A stretch of 64,000 nucleotides of DNA from an uncultured Nitrospiraceae bacterium (GCA_963730935.1 CAVSTP010000002.1:608001-672000); one strand, 5' to 3'; positions 1 to 10,188 are shown, counted from the first letter of the stretch. Numbers and translations: made by a program. Notes: a model not told the origin generated them from the letters alone.

Positions 1-2
1 GC

Positions 3-212
3 AATCCGCTGTTTATGAATGCCGCCGCTGGAAACTTCCAACTCCAACCTGGCAGTCCAGCCATCGACGCGGGCACGACGATTAGTGCCATCACTGACGA
101 CATCAGACTCGTGGCTCGCCCGCAAGGGGCTGCCTATGACATCGGCCCATACGAAGGGACCTCTACCAACGCGACTTCGCTCACAGCACCCGTCAATCTT
201 CGAGTCCGCTGA
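3..212 (+). CDS. C-terminal end (5'-truncated by window) of a secreted beta-helix / choice-of-anchor-Q-type protein
   Basis: NPLF..GNFQLQPGSPAIDAG...RPQGAAYDIGPYE C-terminal motif; frame open to the window edge. Confidence 0.7.
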   Translation, partial: NPLFMNAAAGNFQLQPGSPAIDAGTTISAITDDIRLVARPQGAAYDIGPYEGTSTNATSLTAPVNLRVR

Positions 213-491
213 TGCGGACTGTCCAGGGACCGCTACGCCAGTAGCCTTTGCAGTGCGGACAGTGGTGGCCAAATCTTCCCTCGCTATTGGAGACAATGTA
301 CACCTCCAGGCAACCTGGAGTGAGTGGAGTAAAGAAATGGCCATGTGTAATTTGATGTTCAGGCAGGCGGAGTGCCTCTTTGAGAACTCCTATGCCAAGC
401 CTGATTCGGCCAGGACGTTAGGATGTCCTCTGATGCTGGCCGATCCTAGGGAGTTTCTGCGGTTGGAAATTCGCAGTGGCGTGAAAGGTAT

Positions 492-854
492 CTAGCAGTC
501 ATCAGTCTTATAGGACTGAATGGCTTTATCAGCTGAAGAGGTAATGACAACAGTGCACTCGTGCGGAATTGAGTATGCATTCCCATCTGTCAGAAACTGC
601 TCATCAGACCAAGGAAGGTTCCATGTGTAGACTATTTGGCCATCGTTCAAAGTCTCTGTCGTGCTCGGGGCGCCCCACTCCATTATTCGTTCATCAATTG
701 AAGCATGTCGTTGAACCGCATCATCAAGTTTCGCGCTTAACGTAAAATTCAAATTCCCGTGACCGCAGCCAAACTGAAAACAGGCGAGCGTTGCAATTAC
801 AAAGAGTGTGCGCATCTGCGTTGAAAGTGTACGGCACAATTGAGGGATGCGCAA
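492..854 (-). CDS. putative small lipoprotein
   Basis: hydrophobic N-terminus ending FGC; WGAP..T......YTW pattern typical of small outer-membrane lipoproteins. Confidence 0.55.
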   Translation of the reverse strand: MRIPQLCRTLSTQMRTLFVIATLACFQFGCGHGNLNFTLSAKLDDAVQRHASIDERIMEWGAPSTTETLNDGQIVYTWNLPWSDEQFLTDGNAYSIPHECTVVITSSADKAIQSYKTDDC

Positions 855-896
855 ATGCCGCTAATGGATATTACGTAGGATCGGGAGACTAGCCGG

Positions 897-1448
897 TCAT
901 TTAGAATCACTCGTGGTCTGCTCACAACTAACACCCTTCGGTGCTCTCACCCACTCAGGTAGAACTCTCGGCGTCCCATAAGCGTCATCAATTTGATCTT
1001 GGGTGAGGAAGGCGGTGTTTTTGAAATTCGCGCCATTAATGTCTGCGCTCTCCAGGTGAACGCCCAAAAACATGGCCTCTTCAAAGTTTGCATTCACCAA
1101 CTTTGCGCGACTCAAATTTGCGCCCACTAACATCGCACCTGTTAAATCTGCACCCTCCAGATCAGCCTCACGTAAGTCAGTTCCAGCTAACATCGCCGAG
1201 CGAAGATTTGCGCCTTTAAGATTCGTCTTTTTAAGCCGCTTGCCAGCGAGCATTTGTCCGGAGGTGACCAGAGGGGTTTGGATCGGTTGTTCCACATACA
1301 CTTCTACAATGTAGGGCTCTTGAGAGCCCTCATGCAAGCAACCGAGGGGCGCGGAGAGCACCATTATCAGGGCGCATGGAGCAAAACCTTTACTGAACAT
1401 GGTCAACTGCGTCGATGCGGACACCGACTCATTCTGATGCTGAAGCAT
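897..1448 (-). CDS. pentapeptide-repeat lipoprotein (paralogue of 4624-5190)
   Basis: A(N/D)Lxx repeats (GANLRSAMLAGTDLREADLEGADL), LGC lipobox; start chosen by RBS and alignment to the paralogue (ORF extends to 1532). Confidence 0.8.
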   Translation of the reverse strand: MLQHQNESVSASTQLTMFSKGFAPCALIMVLSAPLGCLHEGSQEPYIVEVYVEQPIQTPLVTSGQMLAGKRLKKTNLKGANLRSAMLAGTDLREADLEGADLTGAMLVGANLSRAKLVNANFEEAMFLGVHLESADINGANFKNTAFLTQDQIDDAYGTPRVLPEWVRAPKGVSCEQTTSDSK

Positions 1449-1819
1449 CTCCACAACTCCTGCGTCCATACACACTGGCCCATCAGTGGCTGACGGATAC
1501 CAAGCATAAATCCTTGGCACCACGGGTGACAAGACACTATCACCTACAAATTATTCCGTCAGCCTCGGCTATGTTCATTGGCTCAGCGTATACATATTCG
1601 GCAATATCTTCATTTGGAGGAGCCCAAACTTATGGATTGGAACAGCTGACGGGACATTTATTCACTTCAAAAGGCTCTCCACCTTGAAGAGCCTGTACTT
1701 TCAGTTCTTCGCCGTTCGTGTGGATCAAAATATGGTCTCCATCTGCAGCATCGGCCTCGGCTAGGCCATCTTCCTCGTAATTTTCTCCGTGGAGATACAA
1801 CCTGACGAGTTAAGTAAAC

Positions 1820-2144
1820 GGGCACCGCGAGGGCCTGCTTCGCAGCCTCTTCAAACCACCTCTTTGCCTGCCCATAGCTCTGCTTCTGGGGTACCCCCAT
1901 GCCTACTTTGAACAGCAGACCGAGTCTGTCTTGAGCCGACACGTCTCCTTCTTCCGCTAACTTACGGAGTTTTTTCGCAGTTGCCTCGTATTCGGCTCGA
2001 TTTTTCTCTGATGTGTCCACAGCAGGCTTGATGTAGGCACAAGCAGAACTTGTGAGGCACACTATCGATAGGACTAGAAGGATAGCTACGGGCGGACGCC
2101 GTTTTCCAAAATTGCCTTAGACGAGTGAAGGACGTGGAACTCAA
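1820..2144 (-). pseudogene. truncated/frameshifted Sel1-repeat (TPR-like) protein
   Basis: single Sel1 unit AEEGDVSAQDRLGLLFKVGMGVPQ..YGQAKRWFEEAAKQ followed by unrelated sequence. Confidence 0.55.
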
Positions 2145-2395
2145 AATCGCTCTCCTTGGAAAACTTCTCTACATCGACAGGTGTGCCAGCAATAGATGAG
2201 TGATGGGCTGCCGCGTCGATTTCGGTTCTTCCTCGGGAAAGTGACTGAAGGTTTCATTAACTAGAGTTTCTGCTAGTCTTCCACAGATTCACGCCTTCGT
2301 AGTCTATCTCCTGCATTGGAAAACTTAGTAGAGTGATAGAGAATGAACCGCCTTTGGCTTGACTATTCACAGATTCTCCCGTACGGGAGGTACTG

Positions 2396-3469
2396 ATGTT
2401 ACACGAGTTAGGGTCAGGTTCACGCGCTGGGCTAACCGGTGCAGCCCTCCTAGTGATCATAGCCAGTTGCCAAAGCTACAACGCACACCTCGTCGCAGAA
2501 ACTGACGGCTCCTATGTCAGACTCCCAGACAGTTCGACGAAAGCCGTGGTGTGGGGGACTTATCCGGAAGCCGTTAAGAGCCTCAAGACTTGGCTGCTAA
2601 AGCAACGCATCATTCTGGTCGACGATGTTAAGCTCAATCAGATCGCAAACGAGAAGGCCTTGTCCCTCCCCCTCGCGAACCCCGACGTCCTCAAGCTGGC
2701 AAAATCTACCGGAATCAAGCAAGTTATTTTCATCGATGCCGATGTATTCGTTTCGCAGAGTAGCGAAATTGCAACGGTGTTCGGGCAACCCGCGAGTGTC
2801 TATATGGCTTCCCTGTTCATCCGTGCAGTGGATGCGGAAAGTGGTGAAATTGATTGGAGTGGAAAAGCCCGGTCGACAGAAGCGTTCACCAACTCGTCGG
2901 AAGGCATCCACCAGCTAACGTGCCATGCCTTGGCCACGGCCTGGGGTTTACGACCACCAGGAGCGGGGACAGCTCCCTCTATCTGTCTGCCAGGACAGAA
3001 CGTCATGGTGGCCACTGAACCGCCGAGTGCTCGCTATATCCTCGCCACCGCCAAAGCGTTTCGGACCGTCTATGCTAAGCAGGTCATCGCACAGGCGGCC
3101 AGATCTAATGTCAAACCGGATGAGAACTGGACGCAGAATGATCACGGGATCATGCTTCCGGCCCAATTTCTCAAGGCGGCCGGTAGGGAATTGGACGATT
3201 TTGAATTGAGCCTCATCGGACTTACACCGATCTACAAGGAGAACCTCCCGAAGACTAAAGCGGAGGAGGAGGCGCTGAAAAAACTCATGGCCAATCCGGC
3301 CACGGGAGTGCTCACCTTTGAAGATGGTAACCAATTCAAAGGGCTTGCCGTCGACCTTGCCATCGCGGATTCCTGCGTCGCCTGTCACAACACTCATCCC
3401 ACCAGTCCAAAGAGGGATTATAGGAAGGGTGACGTTATGGGTGCTCTTGTCGTGCGTTTCAACAAATAG
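2396..3469 (+). CDS. lipoprotein with C-terminal Tll0287-like (DUF3365) c-type heme domain
   Basis: IASC lipobox; C-terminal LPAQFL..., SCVACHN (CxxCH) and GDVMGALVV motifs. Confidence 0.75.
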   Translation: MLHELGSGSRAGLTGAALLVIIASCQSYNAHLVAETDGSYVRLPDSSTKAVVWGTYPEAVKSLKTWLLKQRIILVDDVKLNQIANEKALSLPLANPDVLKLAKSTGIKQVIFIDADVFVSQSSEIATVFGQPASVYMASLFIRAVDAESGEIDWSGKARSTEAFTNSSEGIHQLTCHALATAWGLRPPGAGTAPSICLPGQNVMVATEPPSARYILATAKAFRTVYAKQVIAQAARSNVKPDENWTQNDHGIMLPAQFLKAAGRELDDFELSLIGLTPIYKENLPKTKAEEEALKKLMANPATGVLTFEDGNQFKGLAVDLAIADSCVACHNTHPTSPKRDYRKGDVMGALVVRFNK

Positions 3470-3777
3470 AAATGGCCATAACTGCTGGCGGAAGGCCCCC
3501 CGGCGACGTTTAGGCAGGGAGGCCTGGCCTCATGAAGTCCTCTTGGCCTAGCCCACTTTCCCTCACGTTAATCACCAAAATCGAAACTGTCGAAAGGGAA
3601 TCGAACGACGCACAAATAATCGCATTCAACATCGAGAGCAGCGCCATGGATACCACCCGAACCATTTCAGATGCTCCCACAGGCCGCGTCGATGCGATTG
3701 CCTCCAAACATGACGACATGCACGTACCCCTGCCTGCAGGCGAGACGCTGTAACTGCCCCCCTTGAAAATTCAGCGA

Positions 3778-3960
3778 TCATCGGTTGGTAATTGGAAGAT
3801 TATCTAAAGAGGCGTGTTCCGATTGACCTGTGACGCCACAATGCGAAGCCCAAAAGACCTGCGCTAACAAGAGCAGGCTTTCTGGTTCTGGAACACTTCG
3901 TGGTGCATCCAAGACACCTTGAGAAAAATCTACTCCAGTGAAGTTTCTGCCTAGATCCAA
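3778..3960 (-). pseudogene. remnant of a PEP-CTERM sorting-signal protein
   Basis: SVPEPESLLLLA motif followed by a frameshifted transmembrane/basic tail. Confidence 0.4.
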
Positions 3961-4284
3961 GAGTCACGACGTAACCAACGCCGGCGGCGGCGGAGATGCT
4001 GCCAAGACCCCAGCGGCGTACACGATGGAAGATTTCATAGAGTCTCAAAAGCGAAGAGCGCGAGTGGCTCTGAAGTGAAAAGCTTAAGGATAGCTGTAGA
4101 CGGACGCCGTGTGCATCGAAGTAAAGGCAGCGCGTAATCTGATGAAACCACATGCCTGCCACATCTAATGGTTATAGAAGCGAATTGTGACACATTGCCA
4201 TGTTTCTTGTGTCCGGTGTATCGTGACAACGCCACTGAGCATCTGCCTCACGACCCTCAAGACGGTTAATGTGGAGTCGCCCAC

Positions 4285-4488
4285 ATGAGCGAATGGGATC
4301 TTGTGTCCGTGCTGGTCGCATTTGTGATTGGATTCGTATCCGGCCTGATCTATGCGCTCCGGCTCTACAAACAGCTCGAAGCGGACTGTGACCGCGAGTG
4401 GGCCAAGCGCCGTGGGCTGCGAGAGAAGACGCAAGATGATGAGCTGCCGGTACGGATCAATCCGATCCTCCGGCGGCAGAAATTGTAA
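4285..4488 (+). CDS. small single-pass membrane protein
   Basis: GGAG RBS, N-terminal TM helix, charged tail. Confidence 0.5.
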   Translation: MSEWDLVSVLVAFVIGFVSGLIYALRLYKQLEADCDREWAKRRGLREKTQDDELPVRINPILRRQKL

Positions 4489-4623
4489 GGCTCGGTCGCA
4501 TTGACAAGCTGGCACCATATTGTCATCGGTTACCTATGATCTGAACTCTTTGGATGTCACCGACTTGTAATACTTGCGTCTAAAGAAGGAGAGGCAAGAA
4601 GACTTAGACAGCAGGCTAGCCGG

Positions 4624-5190
4624 TCACTTAGGGTCTATCGTGGTCTGCTTACAGGTACCACCCATAGGGGCTTTCAGTGTTTCAGGAAGAGCTCTGGGCT
4701 TCCCACACGCCTCATCAATTTGATCTTGATAGAGGAAGGCGGTGTTTTTGAAATTGGCGCCATCAATCTGTGCTTCCTCCAGTTGAGCGCCCAATAGCAT
4801 GGCTCCTTCAAAGTTCGCATTTACCAAGGCAGCGCCACTCAGATTTGCCCCCAACAGCATCGCACCTCTGAAGTCTGCATCCTCAAGATCAGCCTGGCGT
4901 AAGTCAGCTCCGGCTAACATGGCTCCAACAAAATTTGAACCCTTTAGCTTAGCCTTTTTAAGCTTTTTTCCGGCGAGCATTTGCCCGGCAGTGACCGGAG
5001 GTTTGTGTATCGATTCGTCCTCCTGATACACCTCTACAACGTAGGGCTTTTCAGAAACCTCATACAAGCAACCGAGAAGTCCGGTGAGCACGATTATTAG
5101 GGCACATAAAGCCAAACATCTACTGGGCATTCGTGAACTCAGTTTTTTGCTCGCAAAAGGCGAGTCATGATGTCGAAGTGTCTTGTCCAC
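4624..5190 (-). CDS. pentapeptide-repeat lipoprotein
   Basis: AMLAGADLRQADLEDADFRGAMLLGANL repeats; LGC lipobox. Confidence 0.8.
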   Translation of the reverse strand: MDKTLRHHDSPFASKKLSSRMPSRCLALCALIIVLTGLLGCLYEVSEKPYVVEVYQEDESIHKPPVTAGQMLAGKKLKKAKLKGSNFVGAMLAGADLRQADLEDADFRGAMLLGANLSGAALVNANFEGAMLLGAQLEEAQIDGANFKNTAFLYQDQIDEACGKPRALPETLKAPMGGTCKQTTIDPK

Positions 5191-5241
5191 CAGAATCGCT
5201 GCATCAGTCTATCAATCATAGCCTCGAATCGACTGGCTAAA

Positions 5242-5533
5242 CTAATTGTCAGACCATTCAGAGAGCATTCCGGACTTATCGAAGACTAAGGTTAAGTTGT
5301 TGACACTGAGCAGAGCCCAGGTAACTGCCGCTCGGACAGTATTCATATGTCCAAAGATCACCGCCCTTATCCAGGGCAATGGTGCGATGGGGAGCGCCCA
5401 TCTTCTTGGCAATGCCATCATGGTCTTCTCGTCCGACAGCCTGTTGGAGATAATCTGCATACGAATGCATATGCATGTGATCACAGCCCATCAAGAACAC
5501 GAATACACCAAAGGTCGACAATAGGTGTCTCAT
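5242..5533 (-). pseudogene. small lipoprotein with a single-base frameshift near the C-terminus
   Basis: FLMGC lipobox and MGAP..WTYEY in one frame; LVFDKSGMLSEWSDN* continues in the adjacent frame at ~5290. Confidence 0.5.
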
Positions 5534-5723
5534 ACTTCATCTCCAAAGTCCCAGTACGAGGTCACTTCTGCTTCGCGATGATCCTGTACTTGATCTGCTC
5601 ATAGGTGGCGCGAGGCAGGATCTTTTTCTGCACCTATTCATCTTTTCGCTGCGATTAACACTCTATAACACCTGCCAAGTCGCAGTTCGCTAAAGCACTG
5701 AGGAATTAGGGACAAAGAATAGT

Positions 5724-5772
5724 TGGTGCCGAAGCCGGAACCCGGACACCCTTGCGGGCGCTAGACCCTGAA
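5724..5772 (-). repeat. degenerate att site: copy of the tRNA-Leu(CAG) 3' end with a 6-bp deletion in the T-arm
   Basis: tggtgccgaagccgg[del gatttg]aacccggacacccttgcgggcgctagaccctgaa matches 54104 onward. Confidence 0.85.
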
Positions 5773-5944
5773 GGCAGCGCAGCGTTTTGTTTCGTGTGTC
5801 TCCACGTATCCTACCGTTGCGATTTCCTTCAATTTATCCAACCTGGCCGAGACAGGGTAACACGCTGGGATACAGCGGTATAGAGCAGCCACATGACAAA
5901 AACATGACAGTCGCCAAGAAATTCACTATGGGGAACTGGTGGGG

Positions 5945-6013
5945 TAGGGGGGCTTTGGGCCAGATCAACGGCAACGACCCCTCGCTGGGTGGACCTGAGC
6001 TGAAATGGATTTT
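5945..6013 (+). repeat. ~69-bp direct repeat, copy 1
   Basis: taggggggctttgggccagatcaacggcaacgacccc...gtggacctg, close match to 9779-9848. Confidence 0.8.
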
Positions 6014-6287
6014 TAAAACTCGTGACAGATCGTATGGTGGCGGAAAATTTTGCAGGCTTAGAAAACGACTCCCATCGTCGGTATTCCGCTCTTGAATAGG
6101 TCCGCGCGTCCTTCTTTTAATCTGAGAGGACTTATACACAGTGAACCACTCGCAGTCCCCCCTTATGTACGTAGTATTTCGCCCTCCTTCTGTTTGCTCA
6201 CCCCGCACTTCTGAAGAATAGCCCGCTGGTTCCGTTACTCATATAAGGGATAGTAGCACTCTTGGGAGGTCCCGATGCTGTCCCGAT

Positions 6288-8036
6288 TTGTCATTGCCCT
6301 CGTCCTATCGTTACCCGGATATTCCTAAGGGTGGTCGTGGTCACCATGAAGCCACAGGTCGAGATTCTACCCATGAAAGAGCATTAGCCTTGAGACACCT
6401 AGGGTTCGACGAACAATGCTTTGCCGAGTTGGCGGCAGTGCAACCTTTGGAGAAGGCGACATGGAACTTGCGATCGGTCGCCAATGGCTTGCTTCCACCA
6501 CTCGCCTGGGTGGCCGAAGCGGATCGGACGAAAGGCCTTGTCACCCTGGTACACGGCCCGCGCGTCGAAGTGCGCGAGCACTTCTTCATTGAGGGGGTCT
6601 GGGACGGGCCGTTTCAGCTCGGCGAATTTGGGACGACTGATTGCGTGTTTGGCTCAGGCGGCCTTCTCACTGGGGACTCCATTCGCTTCGTGCCCAGCGC
6701 TGCGACAACCACCGATTCTTTGTTCTATGACGAAGATGGTGAGCACCTCACGGTCTCCAATTCCTTGCCCCTGCTGCTCGCCTCCACACGAGATCGTCTG
6801 GACCCTCGATGTCCAGATTATCCTGCCATCTGCGACTCGATCCTGCACGGGATTCACGACTATCGGCGGGACATTCCAACGACCGGAGGCATGGTGCGGC
6901 GTCTGATGTATCGGAATCTTGATGTCTCCAGGGGAAAAGTCTCGGAGTCAGAAAAGAGAATGCCACCACGGTTCACCTCTTTCGCCGAATACCGTGACTA
7001 TCTGCGAGACCGTTATGCCCAGATTGCCGCCAATGCCCGCGATGCGGCACGGACGTGGCCGCTGCAGATCGTCTCCACCCAATCGAAGGGGTATGATTCG
7101 ACGGCAGTGAATACGCTGGCCCGTGCGTCGGGAATCGACAAAGTGTTTACCGTGTCCACCGCCAAGAGTAACCGGTTCAAAGCGCATCAGGAGGAAGCGA
7201 ACCTGCCGGATGATGATGGCGGGGAGATTTGCGCCACGCTGGGCCTCCCATACATCCGGCTCAATCGACGCGCTTTTGCCGAGGGCTTTGACCAGGAATA
7301 TCTCTACTACTGTGCGCTCCACCACAATCAGGATGCGAACCTGATGGACATCCGGAAGCATCTCTCAACGGTCAGCCTGCTTCTGACCGGCGTCCTTGGA
7401 GAACTGTGGCGTCCCAAAGCGGATAAAGTGGAGTGGCCGTGTCTGAATGCAGACCTGCGGCACGGGGATCTGGGAGGGTCTGGCATGGCCGAATGGCGTC
7501 TCGTCGTCGGCGTGATCCATCTGCCGTTACCATACATCGGGGCCCGGCGCCGAGCGGATATTGTCGAGATTACGGAGTCGTCCGAGATGGACCCTTGGCG
7601 ATTAGGCACCGCATATGATCGCCCGATTCCACGGCGAATTGCTGAAGAAGCGGGTGTGCCGAGACGCCACTTTGGCCAATCCAAAATGGGTTCCGTAGTT
7701 ATTTTCGCGGAGCCCTCGATCCCATATGGCACGGCCCTGCGCCTCGAATTCTTCGCCTACTTGGCAGACGAAAAGATCATGGCACGATCAAAGATATGGT
7801 TCTGGCCAGTCGTGCGCTGGTGGAATTCGATGCTGAGGGCAAAATCGAAGCAGCAATTCGCGGCCATATACTACATGGAACGTGTGCTATCCAAGCTGAC
7901 CAGACGAGAAGTCCAGTTTCCGCGCCTGTGGTCGAAACTGGATGGCACCCTGTTCTGTTTTTGCGTCAATCGAACCGCAGACACATTTCGCACAGACTTG
8001 AAGATACTATCCGAGGGCCCGAGTGTCTGCGAGTAA
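6288..8036 (+). CDS. hypothetical protein with PP-loop-like motif (divergent asparagine-synthetase-like)
   Basis: 582-aa ORF; STQSKGYDSTA resembles SGGxDS; downstream LLTG..G motif; true start uncertain. Confidence 0.6.
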   Translation: MSLPSSYRYPDIPKGGRGHHEATGRDSTHERALALRHLGFDEQCFAELAAVQPLEKATWNLRSVANGLLPPLAWVAEADRTKGLVTLVHGPRVEVREHFFIEGVWDGPFQLGEFGTTDCVFGSGGLLTGDSIRFVPSAATTTDSLFYDEDGEHLTVSNSLPLLLASTRDRLDPRCPDYPAICDSILHGIHDYRRDIPTTGGMVRRLMYRNLDVSRGKVSESEKRMPPRFTSFAEYRDYLRDRYAQIAANARDAARTWPLQIVSTQSKGYDSTAVNTLARASGIDKVFTVSTAKSNRFKAHQEEANLPDDDGGEICATLGLPYIRLNRRAFAEGFDQEYLYYCALHHNQDANLMDIRKHLSTVSLLLTGVLGELWRPKADKVEWPCLNADLRHGDLGGSGMAEWRLVVGVIHLPLPYIGARRRADIVEITESSEMDPWRLGTAYDRPIPRRIAEEAGVPRRHFGQSKMGSVVIFAEPSIPYGTALRLEFFAYLADEKIMARSKIWFWPVVRWWNSMLRAKSKQQFAAIYYMERVLSKLTRREVQFPRLWSKLDGTLFCFCVNRTADTFRTDLKILSEGPSVCE

Positions 8037-8147
8037 AGCTTTTGTGGTTCTCATGCGCAGTGTTCGACGCAGGGACTCTTAATTGAATGTAGATTGTCGT
8101 GAAGGGAATACAGTTCTCTTGACGCAAGACATCTGAGGGGATTCCAT

Positions 8148-8987
8148 ATGCAACAAAACCCGAAAAATACGCCCCTTAGTGAGAATGACATCGCCAGAGG
8201 CGATAAGCGCCTGTGGAACCCCTTGTCGGTCGATCCGGTGGCAAGCCGGTTCTCGAGCTATGCAGCCTTCCAGGATACGGCGGTCGTTAGGCCGCTGGCA
8301 CCCGACGTTTCCGTCGACGCCGAACTCACCGATGCTCATGATCAATTAAGGCAGCAGATATTAGGCCAGTTCTACCCGTGCATCGGCGCACACTCGGCGT
8401 TCAGCCGAAAGAGCTATCGTTTCGGATTATACCCTGACCTTGCCTGCGACAGCGCCGTACGTGCCGTCTGCCACGACCTGTACGGCTTCTGCCACGAATT
8501 TCCGATCATCGACGACCATTTCATCACCTTCATCGCGATGTTCCGAGGACCCATCATCCAATCAGAACAGCACTTCGAGGATCTGCTGTGGAATCAGCTT
8601 CAGGCCATGCACTCTATTGATTCCGATTTCTTTACCTGGGACAAAAGCGTCGACTTCAACCCAAAGAACAACCAGTTTTCGTTTAGCATCGGCGGTCGAG
8701 CGATGTATGTCATCGGCATGCACCCCAAGTCATCGCGTCTAGCACGAACCGTCCGGTATCCGACCATGGTGTTCAACTTGCACGAACAGTTTGAGCGCTT
8801 GCGCGCGCGTGGAAAGTTTGAGACCATGAAGAAGACAATCCGGGCGCGCGAGATGGCGTTCCAGGGCTCGATCAACCCAATGCTCACGAACTTCGGCGAA
8901 AACTCCGAGGCGCGTCAATATTCCGGCCGGGCGGTGCCAGACAATTGGGGATGCCCATTCCACGCACACAAAAAGGATGAGGCATGA
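8148..8987 (+). CDS. YqcI/YcgG family protein (DcsA/GntA-like heme-dependent guanidino N-hydroxylase family)
   Basis: YPCIGA, F+FSIGG, GMHP.SSR.AR, VFNLHEQFERLR, SEARQYSGR, W.CPF motifs. Confidence 0.85.
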   Translation: MQQNPKNTPLSENDIARGDKRLWNPLSVDPVASRFSSYAAFQDTAVVRPLAPDVSVDAELTDAHDQLRQQILGQFYPCIGAHSAFSRKSYRFGLYPDLACDSAVRAVCHDLYGFCHEFPIIDDHFITFIAMFRGPIIQSEQHFEDLLWNQLQAMHSIDSDFFTWDKSVDFNPKNNQFSFSIGGRAMYVIGMHPKSSRLARTVRYPTMVFNLHEQFERLRARGKFETMKKTIRAREMAFQGSINPMLTNFGENSEARQYSGRAVPDNWGCPFHAHKKDEA

Positions 8988-9577
8988 CCACTACGTCGAT
9001 AACCCGTATTCCGCCACAGAGTGGCTGCTCATTCAAGGTCAAGCGGGGGCAGGTGTTGCGGGTTGTCGACCCCCTAGGAGAGCAGGTATCGGACCTGTTT
9101 GCCTTCGATGAGCATGATCACGATTGCCGGCTGTCGTCAGGTCGTTCACTGGACTATGCGAGCCGGGTCTACCTGACGACGGGCGACATCCTTTACGCCA
9201 ACAACAGCAAGCCGATGTTCACCATCATCGAAGACACCGTTGGCCTGCACGATTTCCTGCTGACGCCGTGCAGTCAAGAGATGTTTGAGATCATTTACAA
9301 GCACAAGGGTCACCATCCGAGCTGTTTCGAGAACCTAGTTCATTCGCTGAAGGAACACGGTATTACCGGGTGCGAGATCTCGACGACATTCAACATCTTT
9401 ATGAACGTCAAGATCGATCCGCAAGGAAAGGTGACTGTCGGAGTCCCCATGTCAAAGGCGGGTGACCACATCGACCTGCGGGCCGAAATGGACATGGTGT
9501 GTGGCCTGACGGCCTGCTCCGCAGAAGGTTCGAACAACGGCCGCTTCAAGCCGATCGACTTCTCGGTCCTCGGTTGA
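8984..9577 (+). CDS. DUF1989 / urea-carboxylase-associated (CgdAB-like) protein
   Basis: GEQVSDL, HDFLLTPC, HPSCFENL, FNIFMNV, LTACS motifs; ATGA overlap with upstream gene. Confidence 0.9.
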   Translation: MTTTSITRIPPQSGCSFKVKRGQVLRVVDPLGEQVSDLFAFDEHDHDCRLSSGRSLDYASRVYLTTGDILYANNSKPMFTIIEDTVGLHDFLLTPCSQEMFEIIYKHKGHHPSCFENLVHSLKEHGITGCEISTTFNIFMNVKIDPQGKVTVGVPMSKAGDHIDLRAEMDMVCGLTACSAEGSNNGRFKPIDFSVLG

Positions 9578-9778
9578 CACGCCCCGGATTCACTCTTGCC
9601 TGCATCGTCCTGCTTCGTGGCCCAACAGTCCTTGATTACCTACCGATCGCGATCAGAGGGAGACAGACGAGAAGTGTGATTGAAGATCATAACGACTGAG
9701 TACGTGAACCGCCACCCACCCCATCCTCGAACCGACACCAGAACCGCTACCAATTCAGTTTGTAGGAGCAAGGCCGCC

Positions 9779-9848
9779 TAGGGGGGCTTTGGACCAGATC
9801 AACGGCCACGACCCCCCACGGAGTGGACCTGCGCGGAAAATGGACTTT
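9779..9848 (+). repeat. ~69-bp direct repeat, copy 2
   Basis: see 5945-6013. Confidence 0.8.
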
Positions 9849-10008
9849 GCGGCATTTGCGATAGTCTAAAAGCGACTTCGAGTGGTAGTTACCTCGCTGG
9901 CAAAGCAGACCTAAAACCTGCTCCTATGCATTCGCCCTTAACCCTAGAGACCGATATCTACTGGTTCGAGCGATGGGACAGACTATACTCCTCATACGGA
10001 GGAGCATT

Positions 10009-10140
10009 ATGACACCCTGGGTGCATCGCGTGAGCTACCCTTCAACTGTCCTTCAGTACATTGGTGATGTCTTCCTAACCCTGTTGATCGCGGCCGGCGG
10101 AATTGTGCTGTTGATGCTCGGCATCTTCCTTTTCGCTTAG
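10009..10140 (+). CDS. 43-aa membrane microprotein (below ORF-track cutoff)
   Basis: GGAGGAG RBS; MTPWVHRVSYPSTVLQYIGDVFLTLLIAAGGIVLLMLGIFLFA*. Confidence 0.55.
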   Translation: MTPWVHRVSYPSTVLQYIGDVFLTLLIAAGGIVLLMLGIFLFA

Positions 10141-10188
10141 TGCTTGGAGCTCTACTGCTAGTTACCCAAGGCCCCAAGTGGGGCGTGT

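Noticed and set aside
8037..8147. Guanidine riboswitch upstream of the YqcI/DUF1989 pair
   Set aside because: No paired ACGR hairpins or ykkC-like consensus recognisable by eye; an Infernal/Rfam scan would be needed to exclude it fully.
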